Shown: positions 28,407 to 36,404 of the stretch, piece after piece | Layout of the letters: each line of letters begins with the position of its first letter | Position numbering within the stretch: position 1 is the first letter of the stretch | Origin: a virus | Lineage: Duplodnaviria; Caudoviricetes | Reading direction: 5' to 3' (one strand) | DNA: 53,702 bases | Virus record (IMG/VR): IMGVR_UViG_3300021375_002114 | Coordinates: 1 to 53,702 of that record | Program-made: the position numbers and the translations under genes | The notes under the pieces: generated by a model | Database searches by the model: none | Told to the model about the DNA's origin: nothing | The model's input: only the letters and a program-made list of their open reading frames with translations

Positions 28407-29246
28407 ATGTCTATAGAAGAACGCAAACTAACAGGCGGCGAAAAGCGTAGCAAAGAAGCCAACTTTAAAAAACTTAAAAAAGTAAAAGGTGACTTCAAAG
28501 ATCGCTATGGCAAAGATGCTGAATCGGTAATGCACGCAGTAGCAACCAAGCAAGCCAAGAACGAAGACAAAGATTACACTCAAGGTTACATGGACCATAT
28601 GAAGAAAGTTAACAAAGGCGAAGTTAACAAGTATCCAATGAGAGGTAAAGGCAAGCCACTTAGTCAGGCACGGAAAGATGCATTGTTTGGCAAGAAGAAA
28701 AAAGATGCAGACTATGTAGAAGAAAAAGCAACCTACAAGACTGATCCAAAACTTAAAAATCTACGCATAAGCGATATTCCAAGTGACTATGAAAAACGCA
28801 AGTATGCCTCACAGACGTCTAAGAAAAATGAAGACGTTGGGACAGACTTACCAACAACCAATCAACGTACACAACGTATGCTTAACTTGATTCGTGCTAA
28901 CAATCCATCAGCAAAGAACGATTTTGAAGCAATACTGTTATCACTTGCAAAAGCAAAAAAGAATCTCAGCAACGATGAAGATCAAGCAGACATTGCCGCA
29001 CTACGCCAAGATGTAGATGGCTTAAAACTTCTAGTGAATCAAATGAAAGGCAAGGTTGACGGACTAAACGAAAGTGCTACACTCATTACAGAAGAGCAAT
29101 TTGATGAAGCTGCTGGCAAGAAAGATGCTTGTTATCACAAAGTTAAGTCACGTTACAAAGTATGGCCAAGTGCATACGCATCAGGTGCGTTAGTACAGTG
29201 TCGTAAAAAAGGTGCTAAGAACTGGGGCAATTCAAAGAAGAAGTAA
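28407..29246 (+). CDS. Basic modular hypothetical protein
   Basis: ATG 28407; K-rich modules; C-terminal DACYHKVK..WPSAYASG..CRKKG. Confidence 0.75.
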   Translation: MSIEERKLTGGEKRSKEANFKKLKKVKGDFKDRYGKDAESVMHAVATKQAKNEDKDYTQGYMDHMKKVNKGEVNKYPMRGKGKPLSQARKDALFGKKKKDADYVEEKATYKTDPKLKNLRISDIPSDYEKRKYASQTSKKNEDVGTDLPTTNQRTQRMLNLIRANNPSAKNDFEAILLSLAKAKKNLSNDEDQADIAALRQDVDGLKLLVNQMKGKVDGLNESATLITEEQFDEAAGKKDACYHKVKSRYKVWPSAYASGALVQCRKKGAKNWGNSKKK

Positions 29247-29247
29247 C

Positions 29248-29634
29248 ATGCTCATTGAAGAAATACTAAGCGAAAAATGTTGGAAGGGTTACGAAAAGAA
29301 GGGCATGAAAACCATGTTCGGCAAACGTGTACCTAACTGCGTAAAGAAAGAAGCAGTCCAACTAGGTGCAGATGGTAACTTGGTATTTGAAGACGACCTC
29401 GACGAAGATCTCAAAAAATGGTTTAAAGAAAAGTGGGTACGCTTTGGCCCTGATGGTAAGATACGTGGCGACTGTGCTAGAGGCAGTAAGTCAGAAGGCA
29501 AACCAAAATGTCTACCACAAAAGAAAGCACAATCACTAGGCAAAAAAGGTCGTAAGACTGCGGCCAACAGAAAACGCAAACAGGATCCAGATAAAAATCG
29601 CCGTGGCAAGGCTAAAAATGTAAAGACCAAGTAA
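29248..29634 (+). CDS. Basic Cys-containing protein, putative capsid-internal
   Basis: ATG 29248 MLIEEILSE; KCWKGY..VPNCVK and LKKWFKEKWV..PKCLP modules. Confidence 0.75.
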   Translation: MLIEEILSEKCWKGYEKKGMKTMFGKRVPNCVKKEAVQLGADGNLVFEDDLDEDLKKWFKEKWVRFGPDGKIRGDCARGSKSEGKPKCLPQKKAQSLGKKGRKTAANRKRKQDPDKNRRGKAKNVKTK

Positions 29635-29653
29635 TCAAAGTATAATTACTTGT

Positions 29654-29812
29654 ATGACTATTACAGAATACCAACCAACAAATTGCAAGAACTGCGGACA
29701 CTACAGTCATTGCGGCCAACCATTGTGGAAAGAAAACAACAATCCACAAGACGGAAACAATATGTACAAAGCCTGCGACGCATGTCGATGTGAGAAATGC
29801 AAAAGTGAATAA
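29654..29812 (+). CDS. Small Cys/His-rich putative metal-binding protein (52 aa, not in ORF track)
   Basis: CKNCGHYSHC...CDACRCEKC. Confidence 0.65.
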   Translation: MTITEYQPTNCKNCGHYSHCGQPLWKENNNPQDGNNMYKACDACRCEKCKSE

Positions 29813-30524
29813 ACCGTTTGTAACAATGATGTTGCCAACACGCAAACGTACTGCAATGGTAAAGAAAAGTATCAGCGGATTACTTGAACTTGCAAACAAT
29901 CCCTCACGTATCCACATTGCAATTGCCTACGACAGTGATGACGAGGAAAGTAAAAATTACTTTGAGAGCAACCAGTGGAAACTGTTAGTTGAGAATACAG
30001 GTGCCACACAAGAAGTACACGAAATAGAACGCAAAGGTTGGAAAGACTTACACGTTTACTATAACTATCTCGCAACCTACATACGTAGTGATTGGTATTT
30101 TGTGTGGAACGATGATGCATTTATGAGAACACAAGGATGGGACGATGAGCTTTGGGAACACAGAGACTATAAAGGTTTAATCAGTATGGAATCAAACGGC
30201 AAGTTGCCTGATAGCACACTGTTTCCGTGTGTACCTAATTTGTGGCAATTTAGTTTTGGACAGATTGGTATCAACCCTGTTGATCAATGGATACAAGATA
30301 TCAACTATGAAGTAGGCACATACAAAAGAATTAAAAGTAAAATTTTCCATGATCATTTTGCAGTCACAGGTAACAACAATGACGAAGTGTATCAAGAAAC
30401 TAGTAAAACAAAAAAGTTTACTAAACGTGCATACAAAACAGAAGAGAATCAAGCACTGAAAAACACATGGATTGAAATTTGGAAGACTGCACTTGAAAAC
30501 GAAAATAATAATACTGCAAAGTAG
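29805..30524 (+). CDS. GT2-like glycosyltransferase
   Basis: MLPTRKR, AYDSDD, FVWNDD; GTG start inferred at 29805. Confidence 0.72.
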   Translation: MNKPFVTMMLPTRKRTAMVKKSISGLLELANNPSRIHIAIAYDSDDEESKNYFESNQWKLLVENTGATQEVHEIERKGWKDLHVYYNYLATYIRSDWYFVWNDDAFMRTQGWDDELWEHRDYKGLISMESNGKLPDSTLFPCVPNLWQFSFGQIGINPVDQWIQDINYEVGTYKRIKSKIFHDHFAVTGNNNDEVYQETSKTKKFTKRAYKTEENQALKNTWIEIWKTALENENNNTAK

Positions 30525-31191
30525 CAAGATATCTCGCACAATGGGTGCAAAGTGTATTGAACGTGCAAAACAGTTTGGCATTGATGCGGAAGTGAGCAAC
30601 GGTGTACATGGTGAAGATGCACACAAAATACTTGCTGAATTAAGACTACGCCAGTACAAACCCAAAATGAAAGGTGGCAGGCTCGGAGTACTTGGTTGTT
30701 TCCTAAGTCATTACTTTCTGTGGAATGAGTGTGCTAAGTCAAATGAGCCTTACATGATACTAGAACATGATGCATACATGCTACGGCCATTACCGAATAA
30801 AGTTCTTAAACGTTTTCCTGATATCTTAAAACTTGATAGTTTAGATCCTTACTTAAAAACATACAATGAAGATCTTGCTGATCAGTCCAAAGATGATACA
30901 ATATGGAGTTTGCACGATAGAGAAGAACATGGCAAACACATACACGAAAGAGGATTATATTCAATTGGTGGTTACGGATACATAATCAAACCACATGCGG
31001 CTGAAGAAATTATTTCGGAGTGTAAGACTTATGGCTTTAGACCTGCAGATCATCAAATACACACAACAAGTAATATAGATATACATCATATTGCACCTAG
31101 TGTTGTAAGAATACACAGAGATTATCACGATCATAATGCTATGAAAACACTGTCGCTTACACGCAATTTAGAAAAGAACAGCCTAAGATGA
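30493..31191 (+). CDS. GT25-family glycosyltransferase
   Basis: LGCFLSH, ILEHDA, GYIIKP, PAD; start uncertain (TTG 30493). Confidence 0.78.
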   Translation: MKTKIIILQSSKISRTMGAKCIERAKQFGIDAEVSNGVHGEDAHKILAELRLRQYKPKMKGGRLGVLGCFLSHYFLWNECAKSNEPYMILEHDAYMLRPLPNKVLKRFPDILKLDSLDPYLKTYNEDLADQSKDDTIWSLHDREEHGKHIHERGLYSIGGYGYIIKPHAAEEIISECKTYGFRPADHQIHTTSNIDIHHIAPSVVRIHRDYHDHNAMKTLSLTRNLEKNSLR

Positions 31192-32168
31192 GATATCCAG
31201 CACACTTTCCAGATGATCATCCTGATGATCCTCGCACATACGTACCTAACATAGAGTTTTACATTACAAATGTGTGCAACATTGCATGTCCACAATGTAA
31301 TCGATTCAACAATTTTAACTTCAAAGGTCACCAAATATGGAAAGACTATGAAGCAACATACCAAGCATGGGCAACAAAAATTAGATTACAAAAAATTTGT
31401 ATACTAGGTGGTGAGCCGCTAATGAACCCTAGCATTGGTAGTTGGATAAAAGGCATAAACAAAATATTCAAAAAGAAAGTTCAAATATTAACCAATGGAA
31501 CAAGACTTAACCATGTAAAAGGCTTATATGATAGTTTAAACTTTGAATATAAAGGTGGCAATGAATTTGGCAATAACTGGATTGGAGTAAGTGTCCATAA
31601 TGCAAAAGACATGGATAGGCATTTTGAAGAAGGGTATAAATTTTTACAAGGCGAAGTGACAAGGTACGACGGAACACGTAACACAAACGATAATGCTACA
31701 TGGGGAGCGGACTATGCACTAGTCGATGAGCATGGTATAAGATTGCATTATTGGATCGAAAACCAATTTACACAAGCTGCGGTGCAACGCAATCCATTGA
31801 CAGAACGCTTTGAATTACAGAACAGTGATCCACAGGAGGCACATGATGAATGTTCGTTTGTGCATCATATGTGCCATCATTTTATTAAAGGTAAGTTATA
31901 CAAATGCGGACCAGTTGGCATAATGCCAGAATTTGATGACCAACTAAAATTTGATATAAGCGAAGATGATAGGAAAATTTTGCACAGCTATGAACCACTT
32001 TCTGTACACGAATTTGCACAACGAGGTAAACAGTTTATAGATAATATTGATGAAGTGATTGATCAATGTAAATTTTGTCCGAGTAATCGTAAGCCACTTG
32101 AGACTATAGAAAGTTTAAACAAAAAAAGATTTAGTACTAGTAGTTTCAAAGATGTAGTAAAAGAATAG
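31188..32168 (+). CDS. Radical SAM protein (paralog of 8387-9250)
   Basis: CNIACPQC, GGEP, TNG, GKLYKC, CKFCP. Confidence 0.85.
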   Translation: MRYPAHFPDDHPDDPRTYVPNIEFYITNVCNIACPQCNRFNNFNFKGHQIWKDYEATYQAWATKIRLQKICILGGEPLMNPSIGSWIKGINKIFKKKVQILTNGTRLNHVKGLYDSLNFEYKGGNEFGNNWIGVSVHNAKDMDRHFEEGYKFLQGEVTRYDGTRNTNDNATWGADYALVDEHGIRLHYWIENQFTQAAVQRNPLTERFELQNSDPQEAHDECSFVHHMCHHFIKGKLYKCGPVGIMPEFDDQLKFDISEDDRKILHSYEPLSVHEFAQRGKQFIDNIDEVIDQCKFCPSNRKPLETIESLNKKRFSTSSFKDVVKE

Positions 32169-32245
32169 CCTTAGGACCGCTCCAAAGGCTAGGGAGGGAT
32201 CTGCCCTAGAACCAAGTTATCGCTACCCTGGTTTTTAAAGTGCCA
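32166..32245 (+). ncRNA. Candidate structured RNA with segments complementary to 23S rRNA H69-H71
   Basis: GC-rich intergenic island with three possible hairpins; contains CCTTAGGACCG (32169-32179) and TCGCTACC (32220-32227). Confidence 0.55.
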
Positions 32246-32264
32246 TACTTATGCACCAATAAGT

Positions 32265-33350
32265 ATGATTATGATTGAGAATGACTTAGCACCTCCTCTG
32301 GTATTTGGTAAACTGCCACATGCACTAACTTGGAACGAGCTTGATTGGTTACATGATATACCGGGAAATAATTTTTTTGCCTTATGGTTACGCGGAGGAG
32401 CACTCGGTGATCCTGACTTGCCACCCGGGTATGACAACTACATTTTATCATATCACATGGAACCACTTGACTGGCATTGGTTAAATATCCAGACAAAAAA
32501 TATAGATGGACGCATTATTATAATTAACGACGGGCAACCTTATAATAATTTTGACAATATGCCAAATGTAAGTTTTTATACATTTTATAGTTGGCATTAT
32601 CAGTTGCAACAGATATATGAATTGTTTCCTAGTGCTGTTACAAAAAATCACCAATATAAGGTAAGTGCTATTAATAACAGAGTCACACAACACAAACTTA
32701 TTATTTTTACTGCAATTATGGAACTTATTGAAGACCAAAGTCTTGTGAAGCTCGGCAATAACATTGAACCAAAAGACGTAAACTTTTATCAGCCTACTGG
32801 CTATGAGATACTTGATGACTTAACTGTGACCTTTAGGAACAAATATCATGGTAAGACAATTGAAATAGATAAGTTTACAAATAATACACAACGCTACAAC
32901 AGTGATCCGTTTGGTATTGCATATACTGATGCGACTTTACATTTTAGCTTAGAAACACAAAACTATAGTTACATGCAAGATGACTATGGAACATATATAC
33001 GCACAGGCCCCCATTTAAGCGAAAAGACTCTCAAGTGTTTACTTGGCGAAACTGCTTTTATTCCTGTCAGTCAGTTTGATGTTTATAATCAATTACAACA
33101 ACTTGGATTTATGTTTGACTACGGTCCTTTAGATTTGTCCTTTGATCGTGACACTGGTAATCTAAGTCGACTTGAAAAAATTGTTGAACTTTGTAAAACT
33201 ATAAACATTTATACCATAGATGAATTGTTACATTATACAAAGGAATCAAGCGAACACAATCGTGAACATATAATCAGCGGAGACTTTGGCAATCTTTGTA
33301 AACAAGCAAACGAACAAACTGCAAATAAAGTTATAACAGAGCTATCATGA
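32265..33350 (+). CDS. Hypothetical protein, possible GT-B glycosyltransferase-like C-terminus
   Basis: FSLET...LSEKTLK...F motif reminiscent of GT10-like folds; located in a glycan cluster. Confidence 0.6.
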   Translation: MIMIENDLAPPLVFGKLPHALTWNELDWLHDIPGNNFFALWLRGGALGDPDLPPGYDNYILSYHMEPLDWHWLNIQTKNIDGRIIIINDGQPYNNFDNMPNVSFYTFYSWHYQLQQIYELFPSAVTKNHQYKVSAINNRVTQHKLIIFTAIMELIEDQSLVKLGNNIEPKDVNFYQPTGYEILDDLTVTFRNKYHGKTIEIDKFTNNTQRYNSDPFGIAYTDATLHFSLETQNYSYMQDDYGTYIRTGPHLSEKTLKCLLGETAFIPVSQFDVYNQLQQLGFMFDYGPLDLSFDRDTGNLSRLEKIVELCKTINIYTIDELLHYTKESSEHNREHIISGDFGNLCKQANEQTANKVITELS

Positions 33351-33892
33351 TACTCATACTAGGAAAAAGTACAATTGCACAAGCACTAAAGGAGGCACTA
33401 CCAGACTGTACAGTTGTTGGTAAACCTGAATACGACTTTAGCAGTCGATATGAATGCCATAGACTGGTAAGAGACTTTACACCAGAGGTTGTAATCAATA
33501 CATTCGCCATTAATCCAAAGATAGATGATGCTTGGGAACATTTGACTGTAAATTTTACAAGCATTGTGTATATTACAGATTTATTTTACAATAAATTGCA
33601 AGGAGCACAACTTATAAATTTTTCTAGTGCTAGAACCTATTGGAGTAGTTATCCAGGTATCGCAGATGGAGACTTCTATTACAATCTAAGTAAAACTGCA
33701 CTAAGCGAGTTTGGAAAACTTTACAATCGCAAGATAGCAGATAATGTACGCAACACAGTCACAACATTTGAAGTAGGAAAATTCAACAGTAAGATGAATA
33801 ATTTTTCAGGTGGCATGACTGTTGAACGTGTTGTAGATACAGTTAAAGATTGTATTCAACAACGTTACACACAGATTGCATTACTTAGATGA
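33347..33892 (+). CDS. Short SDR-like oxidoreductase
   Basis: ILGKSTIA degenerate Rossmann, INFSS, YNLSK (YxxxK). Confidence 0.65.
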   Translation: MILILGKSTIAQALKEALPDCTVVGKPEYDFSSRYECHRLVRDFTPEVVINTFAINPKIDDAWEHLTVNFTSIVYITDLFYNKLQGAQLINFSSARTYWSSYPGIADGDFYYNLSKTALSEFGKLYNRKIADNVRNTVTTFEVGKFNSKMNNFSGGMTVERVVDTVKDCIQQRYTQIALLR

Positions 33893-34959
33893 TAAAACTT
33901 TCTGATGTAAAAAGTCTGCAATTGGAAATTACTAACTTATGCAATGCGGCATGTCCACAATGTCCACGTAATTATTTTGGTGGCAAAACACTTACAACAC
34001 TTCCTTTGAAGAACTGGACACTCACTGAGTTTAAGGAAAATATACCCCTTGAACAATTTAGTGCATTAGAACAAGTGTATTTTTGCGGTACGTATGGTGA
34101 TCCGTTTAGCAACTACTACATAACGCAGATAGTGCAACATATAAAATCTATTTTGCCAGAGGTTAAGATTGGTATACATACCAATGGTGGTATAGGAAAA
34201 AACAAAACTTATGTAGAGGTAGCCCCTTATGTAGATTTTATTGCATTTGGTATTGATGGCTTAGAAGATACAAATCATATCTATAGACGTAATGTACTGT
34301 GGAACAAAGTAATGGACAATGCTAGTACTTTTATTGCTGGCGGAGGTGTAGCATATTGGGATTTTATTGTATTTGACCACAATCAAGATCAGGTTGAAAA
34401 AGCAGAAGCCCTCAGTAAAGAAATGGGTTTTGCAAAATTTAGTGCAAAACGCACAGGCAGATTTCTAAATCGTAAACACGAATACGAGAGCAAACTTACT
34501 GTGTACAATAAAAAAAATTTAGTAGACTATATTATATATCCGCCGACGAATAAAAAATATAAAAATACCAACTATGATGCACTATCAAGCATTGGTAGTA
34601 TTAGTGAATACGCAAAAAAAGCATGTATAAGTTGCAATGCATTAAATATCAGTGAGATTTATATAGGTGCTGATGGATTTGTTTTTCCTTGTGGTTGGTT
34701 ACATGATAGACTATATGGGCCTGAAGTTGATGGGACTCCTGATCAAATCTTAATAAAAAAACTTATGCACACTAGTGGCGGACTTGCACGTACAAATGTG
34801 TTTCATGGTAAATTGCACGAAATAGTAGAAGGCCCTTGGTTTGATAACATTCAACGTAGTTGGACAAATGGAAGCAAGTTAGAACGATGTGCAGTGATGT
34901 GTGGTGACAAGTTTAATTTGATCGGTGAACAGAATTTAGAAGTAGCATATAAGGAGTAA
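33889..34959 (+). CDS. Radical SAM protein with SPASM/twitch-like C-terminus
   Basis: CNAACPQC, GTYGDP, HTNG, DGFVFPCGW, CAVMC. Confidence 0.85.
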   Translation: MIKLSDVKSLQLEITNLCNAACPQCPRNYFGGKTLTTLPLKNWTLTEFKENIPLEQFSALEQVYFCGTYGDPFSNYYITQIVQHIKSILPEVKIGIHTNGGIGKNKTYVEVAPYVDFIAFGIDGLEDTNHIYRRNVLWNKVMDNASTFIAGGGVAYWDFIVFDHNQDQVEKAEALSKEMGFAKFSAKRTGRFLNRKHEYESKLTVYNKKNLVDYIIYPPTNKKYKNTNYDALSSIGSISEYAKKACISCNALNISEIYIGADGFVFPCGWLHDRLYGPEVDGTPDQILIKKLMHTSGGLARTNVFHGKLHEIVEGPWFDNIQRSWTNGSKLERCAVMCGDKFNLIGEQNLEVAYKE

Positions 34960-34961
34960 AG

Positions 34962-36089
34962 ATGCCAGCAAGGATTGAAAATGTATTAGAAAGTTACGAG
35001 TGGAACATTGATGAGCGTTGGGATAATAAAGTACTTGACTATGACAAAAACAAACATAATTGGACTGAATACTTTTTTGAAGCAGTGCGTGAACTTAAGC
35101 CTGCACTACCAGATCTTACTCAAATACATAATTATTTTGAAACAACTGAATTTATTGATTTACGTAAACACTTAGAATTGTTTTCAAACAGTAAAGAATT
35201 TAGCACAAGACTTGATAGTTTCTTTGTAGACTACGTATCAGATCTTATTGATGGTAAAGATTATCTTATACAATCAACAAGTGGTATACGGTTTGTAGTT
35301 CCTAATCAAGATGCACTTGGTAGATTACTTGCATTTCACACAGGCTATTGGACAGGCTATAACAATCACATGGGAACAGTTTGGATACCACTAACCAAAA
35401 CTTACGGAACTAACACCATGCAGGTTGTAAGTTGGGATAATAGTATTGAAATAATGAATCGTATACACAACGAACAGTTGCCATTGGATGAGATACAACG
35501 CCTTAGTATAGAAAAATGTTTTCCTGTTGAGATCGATGTTGGACAAGCATGGTTGTTTAATCAAGGACATGTACACGGCAACATCAATAATGAAACAGAT
35601 ATCACAAGGGTAAGTTTTGATGCACGTTATGCACTCAAAGGTCATGACTTAGGACCAAGACGTGCTGGCAGTTTTTACCGTTTGCAAGGACACTATAGCA
35701 AACTGGATCCTAGTGATTTAGCAAGTGGACCGTGGGTAGTATTTGTAGATCAGAACAGTGCGTATATCGGTGAAACACCACACTTTATTATACGTGAATT
35801 TTTATTAGGAAAGGCTCGTCAATTAAAACTAGACGTAGTCGAGTGGAGCAACGAATACTGGGGTTGCACCTGGATGCCTAAACTGCAAGACTTTGTTGAA
35901 AGGGATAATCTTAGTGGACTTGTTGTACCAAGTATACATGCATTCTCTGGAACAGTTGAAAAAACAAAACAGCTATTTGAACAAAGTCTTAAAAGCGGAC
36001 AACAGATACTGTTTGCCGATGAAAACATATTGTTGAAAGACGAACAAGGCTTAGAAACAATATTTCAAATACTAAGTTTAGAAAAATAA
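34962..36089 (+). CDS. 2OG-Fe(II) oxygenase-like domain (carbohydrate-cluster type) fused to a second domain
   Basis: FHTGYWTG, VWIPLT, HVHGN, TRVSFDAR. Confidence 0.68.
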   Translation: MPARIENVLESYEWNIDERWDNKVLDYDKNKHNWTEYFFEAVRELKPALPDLTQIHNYFETTEFIDLRKHLELFSNSKEFSTRLDSFFVDYVSDLIDGKDYLIQSTSGIRFVVPNQDALGRLLAFHTGYWTGYNNHMGTVWIPLTKTYGTNTMQVVSWDNSIEIMNRIHNEQLPLDEIQRLSIEKCFPVEIDVGQAWLFNQGHVHGNINNETDITRVSFDARYALKGHDLGPRRAGSFYRLQGHYSKLDPSDLASGPWVVFVDQNSAYIGETPHFIIREFLLGKARQLKLDVVEWSNEYWGCTWMPKLQDFVERDNLSGLVVPSIHAFSGTVEKTKQLFEQSLKSGQQILFADENILLKDEQGLETIFQILSLEK

Positions 36090-36091
36090 AC

Positions 36092-36120
36092 TTGACATCT
36101 ACACTTAACTGTTATATAAT
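36092..36120 (+). promoter_or_regulatory. Sigma70-type promoter for the replication operon
   Basis: TTGACA-N17-TATAAT; AAGGAG SD follows. Confidence 0.8.
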
Positions 36121-36143
36121 ATGATATACAAAGGAGTATTTAC

Positions 36144-36401
36144 ATGACAACCCAATTTGACCCCGAACAAAAAGCAAAACTCACACAAATTATCAACGAA
36201 GGTATGGGTGTGATGAGTGAAGTAGAAGCACTTAACGAAGGACTAAGCGACACAGTAAAAAGCATTGCTGAAGAGCTACAAATCAAACCAAGTGTGCTTA
36301 AGAAAGCAATACGTATTGCACATAAAGCAAGTTACACTGCTGAAAAAGAAGACCAAGAACTATTAGATGAGATACTTACAACTGCTGGAAGGACCTTATA
36401 A
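36144..36401 (+). CDS. Small helical dsDNA-binding protein (T4 DsbA / GapR-like)
   Basis: 85-aa amphipathic helical protein, IAEEL.IKP..LKKAIRIAHK, directly upstream of the DNA polymerase. Confidence 0.65.
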   Translation: MTTQFDPEQKAKLTQIINEGMGVMSEVEALNEGLSDTVKSIAEELQIKPSVLKKAIRIAHKASYTAEKEDQELLDEILTTAGRTL

Positions 36402-36404
36402 TCT

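Noticed and set aside
32166-32245. Simple intrinsic terminator or captured rRNA fragment as the full explanation of the element
   Set aside because: The last hairpin is followed by a short T run, but a terminator does not explain the upstream hairpins, and the rRNA-matching segments are permuted rather than a contiguous rDNA piece
8387-34959. One of the radical SAM genes as QueE
   Set aside because: None shows the QueE-type N-terminal QGEG / RxxGC..C..CDT pattern, and all have extra C-terminal Cys motifs
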